Of a stretch of 64,000 nt of DNA, positions 37,743 through 48,453 are shown one piece after another. The stretch is from Candidatus Bathyarchaeota archaeon (GTDB taxonomy: Archaea > Thermoproteota > Bathyarchaeia > Bathyarchaeales > Bathycorpusculaceae). Made by a program: the position numbers and the translations under genes. The notes beneath the pieces are model-generated. The model ran no database searches and was not told the origin of the DNA. It saw only the letters and a program-made list of their open reading frames with translations. Numbering within the stretch: position 1 is the stretch's first letter; each line of letters begins with the position of its first letter. Location of the stretch: positions 1,408,001-1,472,000 of the forward strand of contig OY970280.1 in the NCBI GenBank assembly GCA_963715865.1, written 5' to 3'.

Positions 37743-38816
37743 TTAGGGTGCGGTTGCCAAAGTGTAAGGTCCAACGGTGAGTTTCTCAGCGCCATTCTGA
37801 GTGATTAAAACGGTGTCTTCTATTCTAACTCCGCCGTAACCTGGTAGGTAAATTCCAGGCTCATCCGTCACCACATTGCCAGCAGCTAGCACATCTTTGC
37901 TGTCAGGGCTCAAGATGGGCGCCTCATGAATCTCTAAGCCTACGCCGTGTCCAAGGTTGTGAACGAAAAACTCGCCATAACCAGCCGCTTCAATTACCTG
38001 CCTAGCTGCAGCATCAACTTCTCTTGCTGAAATGTTGGGTTTTATGGTTTCGAAGGCTTTTTGATGCGCAAGTTTGACGGTTTCATAGATTTTTCTCTGT
38101 TTTTCAGAAGACTTCCCAGCTGTGAAGGTTCGGGTCATGTCTGAGCGGTAAAACTCGTAGGTAGCGCCTAAATCAACCACCACTAAGTCGCCTTCACGAA
38201 TTATTCTGTTTGAGCAAGCGCCATGGGGAAAAGCCGAGTTGGCTCCTGAAGCAATTATTGTGTCAAAGCCTGTTCCGTCTGAACCTTTCTTGCGCATGGC
38301 ATACTCAACTTCAGCTGCTACTTCCTTCTCTTTTATGCCTGGCTTGATGGTTTCAAACGCTACTCGCATACCTTCACTTGTCAAATTGCAGGCTTTGCGT
38401 ACAAGTTCGATTTCTTGTCGGTCTTTGATTTTGCGCATTTCCCGAATTAGATTGCTGGCAGGTTCGAGTTTTTCTTCTCCATCGACTGATTTGGCAAGGG
38501 CACGCCAACTTTCAATGGGCAGTATGTCCACAGCGAACTTGTCTCGTTTGTTGTGGGTTGTGTGGTTGGCGATTTTTTCCATTAGGTTTTCTTCCCGTTT
38601 TAAAAGTTCTACTGTTAAGCCGCTGGTTTCTGCTTTTGCCTGCTCATAATTGACTGCCGAAACGTATAGTATGCTTTCGCCTTGTTCGGGGATCAGCAGT
38701 GCGGTTGCTCCGGAGAAGCCTGTGAAGTAGGTTAAGTTGGCGCTGTTAAAAATTAGGAAATAATCAAACTTATCTTCTTTAAACGCTGATTGCTTTAGGG
38801 CGCTTATTCTGTTCAA
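37743..38816 (-). CDS. pepQ: Xaa-Pro peptidase (M24B)
   Basis: DLGA, SDMTRT, HNLGHGVGLEIHE, EPGIY, GVRIED. Confidence 0.9.
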   Translation of the reverse strand: MNRISALKQSAFKEDKFDYFLIFNSANLTYFTGFSGATALLIPEQGESILYVSAVNYEQAKAETSGLTVELLKREENLMEKIANHTTHNKRDKFAVDILPIESWRALAKSVDGEEKLEPASNLIREMRKIKDRQEIELVRKACNLTSEGMRVAFETIKPGIKEKEVAAEVEYAMRKKGSDGTGFDTIIASGANSAFPHGACSNRIIREGDLVVVDLGATYEFYRSDMTRTFTAGKSSEKQRKIYETVKLAHQKAFETIKPNISAREVDAAARQVIEAAGYGEFFVHNLGHGVGLEIHEAPILSPDSKDVLAAGNVVTDEPGIYLPGYGGVRIEDTVLITQNGAEKLTVGPYTLATAP

Positions 38817-38981
38817 GGTTTTCGCCTGTTAGGAAAAGGAGATGTTTTTTGGTCGGTTTAAGTTTTCGCTTTCCTTTTTGCGTTATGTATTAAAAAACAG
38901 GTCGATTCTAAACGTGAAATTTTAAACAAATCAGCCATTAACTTAATATACTTTTCAATTGACTTCCCTAAACAATAAGAA

Positions 38982-40868
38982 ATGAGGGGAAAAAGCATGT
39001 TTGCTTACGCAGGAAAAATTTTACATGTTAACCTCACAACCGGAGAAATGAAAACAGAGCCATTAACAGAAGAAATGGCTAAACAATACATCGGCGGAAT
39101 AGGATTAGGCATACGCTTACTTATGGACAATTCAAAACCAGGCACAGACGCCTTTGACCCAGATAACCCGTTAATCTACTGCGCTGGTCCACTCAGCGGC
39201 ACCATGGGTCCAACAGCCGGAAACGGTTACGCTGTTGTATCCAAATCACCTGCCACTGGAGGAGTAGGCGAAGGCAAAGCACACGGTTTCTTTGGCCCAG
39301 ACCTAAAACGTGCAGGATACGACGCAGTTATCATCACTGGCAAAGCACCCAAACTCTCTTACTTGTGGATCGACGATGACAAAGTTGAAATCCGAAACGC
39401 TGAACACCTAAAAGGCGCTACACCTAACGATACCGACCATAAAATCCGAGATGAACTCGGCGACTTTTACATCCGTGTTTCAGCCATCGGTGAAGCCGGC
39501 GAAAAACTTTGCCGTTTTGCGGCAATCATAAATGACGAGTTCCGTGCCATTGGAAGAAGCGGCATGGGCGCAGTCATGGGCTCCAAAAACCTCAAGGCAG
39601 TTGCTGTCCGCGGAACACACGACGTTAACGTGGCAAACCTTGAGGGATTTAAAGAATTTATCAAAATGATTCATGAACGCATGAAGGGTCCAGCAACCAA
39701 GAAATACAAAACATTGGGAACACCCGAGAACGTTCTTGTCCTCAATTCACTTTTTGCGTTAGCTACAAGGAACTTTACTAATGCCAGTTTTGAGGGCGCA
39801 GACAAAGTTAGTGGTGAACACTTAAACGAGCATTATGTTAAGAAAATTGTTGGTTGCGCAACCTGCGGCATGCGTTGTGACCACATTGCTGTTGTTCCAG
39901 AAGGACCATACAAGGGTTCAACTTCAAGGCTTGAGTTCGAATGCCTCTGGAGCATGGGACCATTATGCGGTATTGACCGATTAGACGCTATCATCGAAGC
40001 TATGCGAATCGTTAACGAGTATGGCATGGACGGCATATCCATCGGCGTCGTCGTCGCATTCGCCATGGACCTCTATGAGCACGGCATAATTACAAAGGAA
40101 CAAACTGACGGAATTGACCTTCGCTTCGGAAATGCTGAAGCATTAATCGCCATAATCCACAAGATTGGTAAGCGTGAAGGCTGGCTTGGCAATATACTCG
40201 CTGAAGGTGTTGCGAAAGCTGCTGAATTAATCGGCGGAGACGCATACAAGTATGCTTGCCACATTAAAGGCTTAGAACTTCCAGGCTATGACCTTAGAAC
40301 GCTAAAGACTGCGGCACTTGGCTTTAGTGTCTCGTTCCGTGGTGCATGCCACCTAAGAAACGGTGCCTACTCGCCCGACGTGAAGGGCAAGGTGAACCGT
40401 TTCAAGATTGAGAAAGGCAGGGGCAAAATGATTGCGGACGAAGGCAACATGTACAACATCATTGACTCACTTATCGTTTGCAAGTTCAGCAGAGGCACAT
40501 ACTACGACGGTTGGAAGGACTTGGCAAACTATTACACATTAGCCACAGGCATACCGATGACTCCCGAAGAAATGACTAAAGACGGCGAACGCATCGAAAA
40601 CCTCGCAAGACTCTTCAACATCCGAGAAGGCAAAGGCACACGCAAATACGACGATGTACCATACAAGATAAAGAATTATCCAGTTCCAGACGAAGGAGTA
40701 GCCAAAGGCGCTTGTGTCAACGACGAAGAAATGGCAATAGGCTTAGACGATTACTACGCAGTCCGCGGATGGACAGCAAACGGCGTTCCAACAGTTGAGA
40801 AACTCAAAGCGCTAGGCCTCGACGACTTAGCATATATTGCTGAGAAAGCAACTGCAGGAGGCGCATAG
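38982..40868 (+). CDS. aor: Tungsten aldehyde:ferredoxin oxidoreductase family protein
   Basis: KSPATG, GRSGMGAVMGSKNLKA, C..C...C, YGMDGIS, GACH, DSLIVC. Confidence 0.93.
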   Translation: MRGKSMFAYAGKILHVNLTTGEMKTEPLTEEMAKQYIGGIGLGIRLLMDNSKPGTDAFDPDNPLIYCAGPLSGTMGPTAGNGYAVVSKSPATGGVGEGKAHGFFGPDLKRAGYDAVIITGKAPKLSYLWIDDDKVEIRNAEHLKGATPNDTDHKIRDELGDFYIRVSAIGEAGEKLCRFAAIINDEFRAIGRSGMGAVMGSKNLKAVAVRGTHDVNVANLEGFKEFIKMIHERMKGPATKKYKTLGTPENVLVLNSLFALATRNFTNASFEGADKVSGEHLNEHYVKKIVGCATCGMRCDHIAVVPEGPYKGSTSRLEFECLWSMGPLCGIDRLDAIIEAMRIVNEYGMDGISIGVVVAFAMDLYEHGIITKEQTDGIDLRFGNAEALIAIIHKIGKREGWLGNILAEGVAKAAELIGGDAYKYACHIKGLELPGYDLRTLKTAALGFSVSFRGACHLRNGAYSPDVKGKVNRFKIEKGRGKMIADEGNMYNIIDSLIVCKFSRGTYYDGWKDLANYYTLATGIPMTPEEMTKDGERIENLARLFNIREGKGTRKYDDVPYKIKNYPVPDEGVAKGACVNDEEMAIGLDDYYAVRGWTANGVPTVEKLKALGLDDLAYIAEKATAGGA

Positions 40869-40871
40869 AAA

Positions 40872-41381
40872 ATGGTGCGACCACAGGACAGAAAATTCGT
40901 AACAGCAGACCCAGAGAAATGCATAGGCTGCTGTACCTGCGAGTACGCTTGCTCGATGGTTAACGAGAAAACCTTCAACCCGACTAAATCACGAATTCGC
41001 GCTATGCGCATGGGACCACTCGTGAACCTTGCTATCACCTGCAGGCACTGCGAGGAACCAGCATGCGTAGCCGCGTGCCCAAGAGACGCACTCTCACAAG
41101 AAGAGAACACTGGAATAATCCGCGTTGACGAGAACGCTTGCAACGGTTGCGGATGGTGCATCAGCGCATGCCAATTCGGCGCCATGAACATGCATCCCGA
41201 AAAGAAAGTCGTGTTCACATGCAACAGCTGCACAGACAACGAAACAAAAGAGCCGCAATGCGTCAAATGGTGCCCAGAAGAAGCATTAACATACGTTACC
41301 GCTGAAACATTGGCGCAGAAGTACAGGCAGAAAGCTGTCAAGAACCTGTTCCAAACAGCAGAAGCCAACAAACCAAAATAA
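40872..41381 (+). CDS. 4Fe-4S dicluster protein (AOR partner)
   Basis: Four Cys clusters: CIGCCTCEYAC, CRHC...C...CP, CNGCGWCISAC, CNSC...C...CP. Confidence 0.92.
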   Translation: MVRPQDRKFVTADPEKCIGCCTCEYACSMVNEKTFNPTKSRIRAMRMGPLVNLAITCRHCEEPACVAACPRDALSQEENTGIIRVDENACNGCGWCISACQFGAMNMHPEKKVVFTCNSCTDNETKEPQCVKWCPEEALTYVTAETLAQKYRQKAVKNLFQTAEANKPK

Positions 41382-41648
41382 GCATCAATATCCATTAGCG
41401 CTTTTTTTAGCGCTTCCTCTTTTTAGCTCATTTTCCGATATTGAATTCGTCTAGAGAATCTTCTCTTTTAGCAACCTAATTCGGACTTTCCGAACTATGG
41501 TTTTAACTATTTGTTTGAGCCAAGCCTTTTGCTGAAAAAGCGGTGATTATTTTACATACTGCCTAAAAAGGTTAATGGTAGCTTGCGCAAGTTTTATTAA
41601 TAAAGTCCTAACACAATTAGTTTTATCAATTTTTAGGAGAAAAGAAAA

Positions 41649-44318
41649 ATGCAAATTGCTAAAAACAAAACTGCAGCTATTGCGATTTCTATATTCTTGG
41701 CATTTTCAATGATCGCTTCAATATTACTCGTACCAACTGCTAATGCTCATACCCCAGCTTGGACTATTTCAACCTACGCCTATCTCTCTGTTAACCCTAA
41801 TCCAGTAGGGGTCGGCCAAACGGTCTCCGTTAACTTTTGGCTTGATAAGGTTCCACCAACAGCAATGCAACAGTACGGTGAGAGATGGAACAATTTTACA
41901 GTGACGGTCACAAAGCCTGATGGAACCACTGAAACCTTAGGACCATTTTCCTCTGATGATACGGGAGGAGCATACACTACATATTCCCCCACCCAACTTG
42001 GCAATTACACTTTCGTGTTTAACTTCGGTGGACAAACAGCAGCTAACGTCAATCCCAGCCCACTCACCGGCACTCAAAATCCTCAGAACGTTGGTGACTA
42101 CTATCAACCCAGCACCAGCAGTAAAGTTATGTTGACCGTACAGCAGGCAGCAGTACTACCTTATCCGTCAACTCCGCTTCCAACAAACTATTGGACACGC
42201 CCCATATTTGCTACGAATACGAATTGGTACGATATCAGCGGAAACTGGCTTGGACTGGCACCAACGTCATTCGCCGCAACGGGGATGTATAATGCTACTG
42301 AAAACTTTGCTCCATACACCACAGCGCCAAACACTGCTCACATCATGTGGACAAAGCCCTATGCGTTCGGAGGTCTTATCGGAGGGGAATTTGGTAACAG
42401 CGAATTCGGCAGCAACTTCGTGTCAACTTCCCAGTACGAACCCAAATTTGCACCAATAATCATGGACGGTGTACTTTACTATACTTGGTACCCAAACAGT
42501 AATCAGAATCCAGCTGGTTGGGTCGCCGTAGATTTGCAAACTGGACAAACTCTATGGACTAAGAATACCACTTCGGTGCTAAGGTGTGGTGAGCTACTCG
42601 ATTACATCTCGCCTAACCAGTACGGAGCCCTCGCGTACCTGTGGGCTTCGCCTATAGCAAATGTAACGAGGAGTTCATCAGGGGGACAAATGCTCGGTAG
42701 TTCGTTCGAGATGTATGACGCAATGACAGGAAACTGGATACTTAGCTTCAGCATGCCTTTTGGCAACCAGTACGTCAACGGATTTGCTTATACGCTTGCG
42801 GAAGGTCCTGACGGGAGTCTACTAGCATACTATCTTACCTATGTTAACTCAACATATGCCACATTGAATTTATGGAACTCAACCCTAGCTATCACGCAAT
42901 ACAGCCTCACTTCTGGACAGAATACTAACACTTGGGCCTGGAGACCTCCACAAGGAGCAACCATTCCATGGAGCACAGGATTACAATGGTCAGTACCGAT
43001 CGTTTTGAATATGACGGCAGACAATGGAACCGTAGTAAACATTAATACGGCTTATTCTCAATCAGCTGGGCTAACGACAAATCTGGGCATATCTATAATT
43101 TCCGACACAATAATTGTAACTGACATACAAGGACCTACTACAGCGTTTAACCAGCCAGGCTACATTATTACCGAAGGGTACAGCCTAAGTACAGGACAAC
43201 TTGTGTGGGGTCCGATCAACCAAACGGAAACACCATTTAGCTATCTGATGTTGACTTCTGCTGGCGACGGAGTATATACTATATTTACAAAGGAAACCAT
43301 GTCGTGGAGTGGATACAGCACTACAACAGGGAAGCAATTATGGGGTCCAGTTACGGGGACTACCAATCCTTGGAGTTTCTATGAAGGTTTCTCAATTACC
43401 GCTTATGGCAACCTTTACTCAGCTGACTTAGGAGGAAATGTGAATGCTTTTGACGTGCAAACAGGGAAGCTCTTGTGGAACTGGACCACTGGAAGCAGCG
43501 GAACTGAAACACCCTATGGTATATGGCCTATTTGGCACATGGATGCTGTTGCTGACGGAAAGATATACATCATGGGAGGACACAACTACAGTCCACCCCT
43601 ATTCCGTGGAGCACAGCTATACTGCCTCAACGCTACTTCAGGAAAGGAACTATGGAGCATAAACGATTTCCCCATTACGAATGGTGCCACTGTTGCTATT
43701 TCCGACGGCTATTTGGTAGAACCAAACGCGTATGACAACCAAATATACTCTTTTGGCATGGGACCGAGCAAAGTAACCGTTACAGCACCTAGCGTAGGCG
43801 TGACAACTTCGACACCAATAACGATAACCGGAACTGTAACTGATACCTGTGCCGGCGCACAGCAGGCAGCAGTAGTCGCGAACTTTCCAAACGGTTTGCC
43901 ATGTGTTTCAGATGCTAGCATGACTCAGTGGATGGAGTACGTTTATCAGCAGCAACCAATGCCAACCAATGCAACCGGAGTTCCAGTAACCATATCAGTT
44001 CTTGACTCTAACGGCAACTACAGGCAAATCGGCACTGCAACAAGTGACTCAAGCGGCACGTTCGCTCTAACCTGGACACCTGACATTCCAGGCAATTTCA
44101 CTGTCGTCGCTAACTTTGCGGGTTCCAATTCGTACTATCCATCGTACGCTGAAACACATTTCAATGCCGCCACTCCAGCGCCAACAGCACCTCCTGCCGC
44201 AACACCTGCGCCAGCATCTATGGCTGATTTGTACTTCATTCCAGCAGTTGTAGCCATAATCGTCGTCATCATCATTGTCGGCGCTCTGATTATGCTGATG
44301 CTCAGAAAAAAGCCGTAA
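41649..44318 (+). CDS. Large surface protein with PQQ-like beta-propeller repeats, copy 1
   Basis: Signal peptide, Trp-docking repeats (A.D..TG..LW), C-terminal Ig-like domain, PT linker, TM + RKKP. Confidence 0.85.
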   Translation: MQIAKNKTAAIAISIFLAFSMIASILLVPTANAHTPAWTISTYAYLSVNPNPVGVGQTVSVNFWLDKVPPTAMQQYGERWNNFTVTVTKPDGTTETLGPFSSDDTGGAYTTYSPTQLGNYTFVFNFGGQTAANVNPSPLTGTQNPQNVGDYYQPSTSSKVMLTVQQAAVLPYPSTPLPTNYWTRPIFATNTNWYDISGNWLGLAPTSFAATGMYNATENFAPYTTAPNTAHIMWTKPYAFGGLIGGEFGNSEFGSNFVSTSQYEPKFAPIIMDGVLYYTWYPNSNQNPAGWVAVDLQTGQTLWTKNTTSVLRCGELLDYISPNQYGALAYLWASPIANVTRSSSGGQMLGSSFEMYDAMTGNWILSFSMPFGNQYVNGFAYTLAEGPDGSLLAYYLTYVNSTYATLNLWNSTLAITQYSLTSGQNTNTWAWRPPQGATIPWSTGLQWSVPIVLNMTADNGTVVNINTAYSQSAGLTTNLGISIISDTIIVTDIQGPTTAFNQPGYIITEGYSLSTGQLVWGPINQTETPFSYLMLTSAGDGVYTIFTKETMSWSGYSTTTGKQLWGPVTGTTNPWSFYEGFSITAYGNLYSADLGGNVNAFDVQTGKLLWNWTTGSSGTETPYGIWPIWHMDAVADGKIYIMGGHNYSPPLFRGAQLYCLNATSGKELWSINDFPITNGATVAISDGYLVEPNAYDNQIYSFGMGPSKVTVTAPSVGVTTSTPITITGTVTDTCAGAQQAAVVANFPNGLPCVSDASMTQWMEYVYQQQPMPTNATGVPVTISVLDSNGNYRQIGTATSDSSGTFALTWTPDIPGNFTVVANFAGSNSYYPSYAETHFNAATPAPTAPPAATPAPASMADLYFIPAVVAIIVVIIIVGALIMLMLRKKP

Positions 44319-44319
44319 G

Positions 44320-44500
44320 ACACTAAATAACCAAAAAATCTCCTTCCCCTTTTTTTGGTCTTAAAAATAATGGAGAATAGATATGGGCTGAGAAGGCTCT
44401 GGTTAAAATTCACGATGTTAGCCATAGTAATCGTGATCAGCATTTGATTTGATTCTCCTATAGCAATGTTCAGGGAAGGTTCCAGAGCCTCAGCAAACCA
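44320..44500. repeat. Conserved non-coding trailer with nested inverted repeats, copy 1
   Basis: GCTGAGAAGGCTCTGG (44387) ... CCAGAGCCTCAGC (44482); similar to 48230-48392. Confidence 0.75.
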
Positions 44501-44514
44501 AATAACGCCTGAAC

Positions 44515-44580
44515 AAGCATTAACATGCGTTACCGCTGAAACGTTGACGCAGAAGTACAGGCAGAAAGCTGTCAAGAACC
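44515..44580 (+). repeat. Duplicated 3' end of the 4Fe-4S gene
   Basis: 63/66 nt identical to 41281-41346. Confidence 0.9.
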
Positions 44581-44640
44581 TTCCAAATAAAAGAAAATTT
44601 GGCTATCAGCTGTCATCTATTCGAAGGGATAACCAACCGG

Positions 44641-45504
44641 CTAATTACTAACGTAGTCGCTTACAACCTTAACATTCTTGCTAGAATAACGATTTAGAGA
44701 CGAAGCCGCTTGTTTCCATAGTTTGTTGAAATAAATCTGGACTGCCGCTATGAGGGCAGAGTTATTCGTCCACAGCATAGGCGAATCACCTATGAGTTTT
44801 TCAGGCGACGTGTAGACAAGCAGTTCTTTTTTGTCATATATACCAAGTATCGCTGGTAGCGAAGATGAAACAAACTTGATCTCGACATTCCGAGACGCAA
44901 TGGAGTATTCAAAGATTTCCTGAGCGGACTGTTCCTCAGGAAGCTTCGCTGCCACAAGTCGGATTTTTACATGTCTTTTTAGCGCTTGGATACTTTGCTC
45001 TCTGAAAAGGAAGCTGGCGTAACCTACATTTTTCCATAAACCATTGATAAGGTCGCATGACTCTTTTGTTCTATCAACCACCATTCTTGACTTTCTTATG
45101 ATAGCTTCCTTCCCGCTTGTAATAACAAATTGAGCCATCTTTTCTTCATCTAGACTTTCTACTTGATTGTTTGCGAAGTTCTTGAGCAGCATGTTTGCCT
45201 TCTGCTCAAGCTCCAAAGATACCTTTTCTCTACGTTCAAGCAGAAACGTAACAGCGTCGTTTATGGGAAGTGGCTCAAACTCTGTTGGATTGACAAGCAA
45301 TTTTTCTACTAAACCTATACTTTGCAGTTCAGCAGCGACTCGCTGGACTTCTTGCCTGGCTATATTTGCCTTTTCTGCAATCTTTCTAACTGTACTATTG
45401 CCCGTTCTAACTAAGGTTAGGTAAACCTTTGCTTGGAGAAATGTGAGCCCAAATCCTGTGAGAGTCTGAACATCTTCATCCTGAAGCATAATCCCCCTCC
45501 CCAA
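44641..45504 (-). CDS. TrmB-family transcriptional regulator
   Basis: GLT..QAKVYLTL, IARQEVQRV HTH, C-terminal PLD-like sensor (IYDKKELLV, WTNN). Confidence 0.85.
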   Translation of the reverse strand: MGRGIMLQDEDVQTLTGFGLTFLQAKVYLTLVRTGNSTVRKIAEKANIARQEVQRVAAELQSIGLVEKLLVNPTEFEPLPINDAVTFLLERREKVSLELEQKANMLLKNFANNQVESLDEEKMAQFVITSGKEAIIRKSRMVVDRTKESCDLINGLWKNVGYASFLFREQSIQALKRHVKIRLVAAKLPEEQSAQEIFEYSIASRNVEIKFVSSSLPAILGIYDKKELLVYTSPEKLIGDSPMLWTNNSALIAAVQIYFNKLWKQAASSLNRYSSKNVKVVSDYVSN

Positions 45505-45640
45505 TATGCCCCATATTGCCTATACACACTTAAGAATGTTGCAGTTTTAAATTTTTCTGAAAGCAAGTGACTTTCTTGCCACTTTTTAAATGCAAAAACC
45601 TACAACTCGATGCTTACAAGAATAAAGGAGAAAAAAGAAA

Positions 45641-48229
45641 ATGTCTAACAATTTCATTAGAAAGAATGCTAAAATTCATGGAAAACAGACGCTATCTGTA
45701 ATTGCTTTGATTCTGCTGTTGACATTTTCCGGAATAATGACGATGATGCCAACTTCAAAAGCGCAGACTGCAGCTTCTCCTCTTCCCACAAATGCCTATC
45801 TAGCTGTTTCGCCAAACCCTGTGGGACTCGGTCAGCAGGCAACACTAGAAATGTGGCTGGGTCAACCCAACCCAACTGCATCCGGTTTAGTCGGTAGCAG
45901 GTGGACAAACTTTACCATAGCGGTCACAAAACCTGATGGAACAACCGAAACGCTGGGACCTTTCACGGCCAATGACGCGTCATTCTCAATCGCATATTAC
46001 ACGCCAAACCAAATAGGTAATTACACTTTTAAGTTCACTTTTTCAGGGCAACACGTAACCGGTGTATCACCAATGACCATGGCACCAGTTGACAATTATT
46101 ATGCAGCAAGCAGTTTCACAGCAGTACTTACAGTACAGCAGCAACCAGCGGCAACAACGCCACAAGCTTCGCTTCCAACGAGCTTTTGGACTCGCCCAAT
46201 AAACTCTCTTAATCAAGACTGGTATTCAATTTCAGGAAACTGGCTGGCGTTAGGTGCATCCACTTTTGGATCAACAAACTACAATGTGACTGGAAACTTT
46301 AACGCGTTCACAACCGCGCCTAATAGTGCTCATGTCCTGTGGACTAAGCCATTAGAGGCTGGAGGCTTAATCGGAGGAGAGTTCGGCGGAACAAGTACAA
46401 GTAACTACTTTACTGGAAAGACATATCAAACAGAGTTCCAACCACCAATAATCATCAATGGCGTACTCTATTATAATGCTCCTACGAATCCCAGAGAAGG
46501 ATTCTATGCTGTAGATTTGCGTACAGGACAAACGTTATGGTGGCAAAACAGCACTGAACCAGTGTACCAACCAATGGGCGGTTTAGTGACAGGTTGGGCT
46601 TATCCAGGGATTTCTCTAGGTCAAGTGTATAACTATCTGTCGCCTAACATGGAAGGAGGCTTTCCCTACTTGTGGTTTACTGGCACAACTATGTGGGATA
46701 TGTATGACGCTAATACAGGAAACCGGATATTACAAATTGCAAATGCAACAACTGGCGGCACAAATGTCGAAGGACCTAGTGGCGAACTGCTAAACTACGT
46801 CATGGGAAATAATTGGATAGCTATGTGGAACTCGTCACTTTGCATCGGAACGTTCGCAAAATATACCCCGCCGATCCCACTTTTTAGTTCAAATGGTTGG
46901 GTCTGGAGTCCGCCTATTGGAGCCGTTCTTAATTGGAATACAGGCGTGCAATGGAATGTTACGGTTCAAACTTACCCAGGTGAGGCAATAGCAAGCGTCA
47001 ATTCAGGAATAATACTTGCAAGTACGCTAACTAGTGTAATGAGCTATTTTGGAACGCAAAGCTCCACAGTAGAAATAGGGTATAGCTCGACAACAGGGCA
47101 ACAACTATGGATTCAAAATCGAACGCTACCTTCTGGCCCTACAACTGGATTTCTTTACAGTTTGGGACCGATGGTCAACGGCATATACACAGCATACGAC
47201 GCCTTAGGTGAGCAATGGTATGCCTTCGACGTTAACACTGGCAATAAGGTCTGGGGTCCGACAGTAGCTGATCCTGACCCATGGGGTTCAGAAGGAAGCG
47301 CTTCGGGATCGCAGATCGCTTATGGGATTCTATACGGATTTTCCTCAGACGGTGTTCATGCTTTTGATCTCGCCACAGGCAAGAAATTATGGGATTTTAA
47401 AGGAATTAACAGCGGAGCAGATTTCCCCGGTTTCACTTACTACCCGTTTGAAGGCGCTTCAATGACCGTTGCTGACGGAAAAATCTACTTGCAAACTGGT
47501 GACACTCATGGTGACCCCTTGTTCAGAGGCGCACAACTTTACTGTGTAAACGCTACTTCCGGAACAGAAATCTGGAGAACAACTTCATTCTACGAAGGAG
47601 TTATGCCTGTTTCAGATGGCATCCTCATGGCTCTAAACGGGTACGACAACCAAATATACGCCTATGGCATGGGACCCAGCAAAACAACGGTTACAGCACC
47701 TAGCGTTGGCGTGTCAACCTCCACACCAATTACGATAAGCGGTACAGTAACGGACATTTCTGCCGGCGCTCAGCAGCAAGCAGTTGCGGCGAACTTCCCC
47801 AGCGGTCTTCCTGCGGTTTCTGACTCAAGCATGACCCAGTGGATGGAGTACGTTTACCAGCAGCAGTCATTCCCATCAAACGCGACTGGTGTTCCAGTAT
47901 CAATTGATGTCCTTGACTCTAACGGCAACTATAGAAACATCGGCACAACGACAAGCGACGTAAGCGGTTCGTTCAGTCTAACTTGGACTCCTGACATTCC
48001 AGGCAACTACACTGTCATCGCCAGCTTCCATGGTTCAGAATCATACTATTCATCGTACGCTGAAGCACATTTCTATGCTAGCGCTGCACCAACAGTAACA
48101 CCGACCGCTACACCTCAAGCAAACCTTGCAACAACAGCAGACCTAATGACGTACATGGTCGCTGTAGCAATCGCTATAATCATTGCAATAGCCATAGCCA
48201 CAGTACTAATCCTCAGGAAACACCCATAA
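45641..48229 (+). CDS. Large surface protein with PQQ-like beta-propeller repeats, copy 2
   Basis: Same architecture as 41649-44318; C-terminal third strongly similar (MTQWMEYVYQQQ). Confidence 0.85.
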   Translation: MSNNFIRKNAKIHGKQTLSVIALILLLTFSGIMTMMPTSKAQTAASPLPTNAYLAVSPNPVGLGQQATLEMWLGQPNPTASGLVGSRWTNFTIAVTKPDGTTETLGPFTANDASFSIAYYTPNQIGNYTFKFTFSGQHVTGVSPMTMAPVDNYYAASSFTAVLTVQQQPAATTPQASLPTSFWTRPINSLNQDWYSISGNWLALGASTFGSTNYNVTGNFNAFTTAPNSAHVLWTKPLEAGGLIGGEFGGTSTSNYFTGKTYQTEFQPPIIINGVLYYNAPTNPREGFYAVDLRTGQTLWWQNSTEPVYQPMGGLVTGWAYPGISLGQVYNYLSPNMEGGFPYLWFTGTTMWDMYDANTGNRILQIANATTGGTNVEGPSGELLNYVMGNNWIAMWNSSLCIGTFAKYTPPIPLFSSNGWVWSPPIGAVLNWNTGVQWNVTVQTYPGEAIASVNSGIILASTLTSVMSYFGTQSSTVEIGYSSTTGQQLWIQNRTLPSGPTTGFLYSLGPMVNGIYTAYDALGEQWYAFDVNTGNKVWGPTVADPDPWGSEGSASGSQIAYGILYGFSSDGVHAFDLATGKKLWDFKGINSGADFPGFTYYPFEGASMTVADGKIYLQTGDTHGDPLFRGAQLYCVNATSGTEIWRTTSFYEGVMPVSDGILMALNGYDNQIYAYGMGPSKTTVTAPSVGVSTSTPITISGTVTDISAGAQQQAVAANFPSGLPAVSDSSMTQWMEYVYQQQSFPSNATGVPVSIDVLDSNGNYRNIGTTTSDVSGSFSLTWTPDIPGNYTVIASFHGSESYYSSYAEAHFYASAAPTVTPTATPQANLATTADLMTYMVAVAIAIIIAIAIATVLILRKHP

Positions 48230-48392
48230 AAACAGCACAACCAAAAAATCCACTTTCCCCTTTTTTAGTCTTAAACGCAACGGAGAAGAGATAAGGGCTG
48301 AGAAGGCTCTGGTAAAATTAACGATTGAATCGTGATAGAGCATTTGCATTTGCTCTTTTCTTCCTTTCGATTTCCAGAGCCTCAGCAAACCA
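48230..48392. repeat. Conserved non-coding trailer with nested inverted repeats, copy 2
   Basis: GCTGAGAAGGCTCTGG (48297) ... CCAGAGCCTCAGC (48374). Confidence 0.75.
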
Positions 48393-48453
48393 CATTCAAG
48401 TGCATGTACGTTTTAGGCTGCAATTTTTTTATTGGCAATTTAAGGCTAAAGTC

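Noticed and set aside
44466-44651. 61-aa ORF
   Set aside because: A chimera of trailer sequence and the duplicated ferredoxin tail; not a credible gene.
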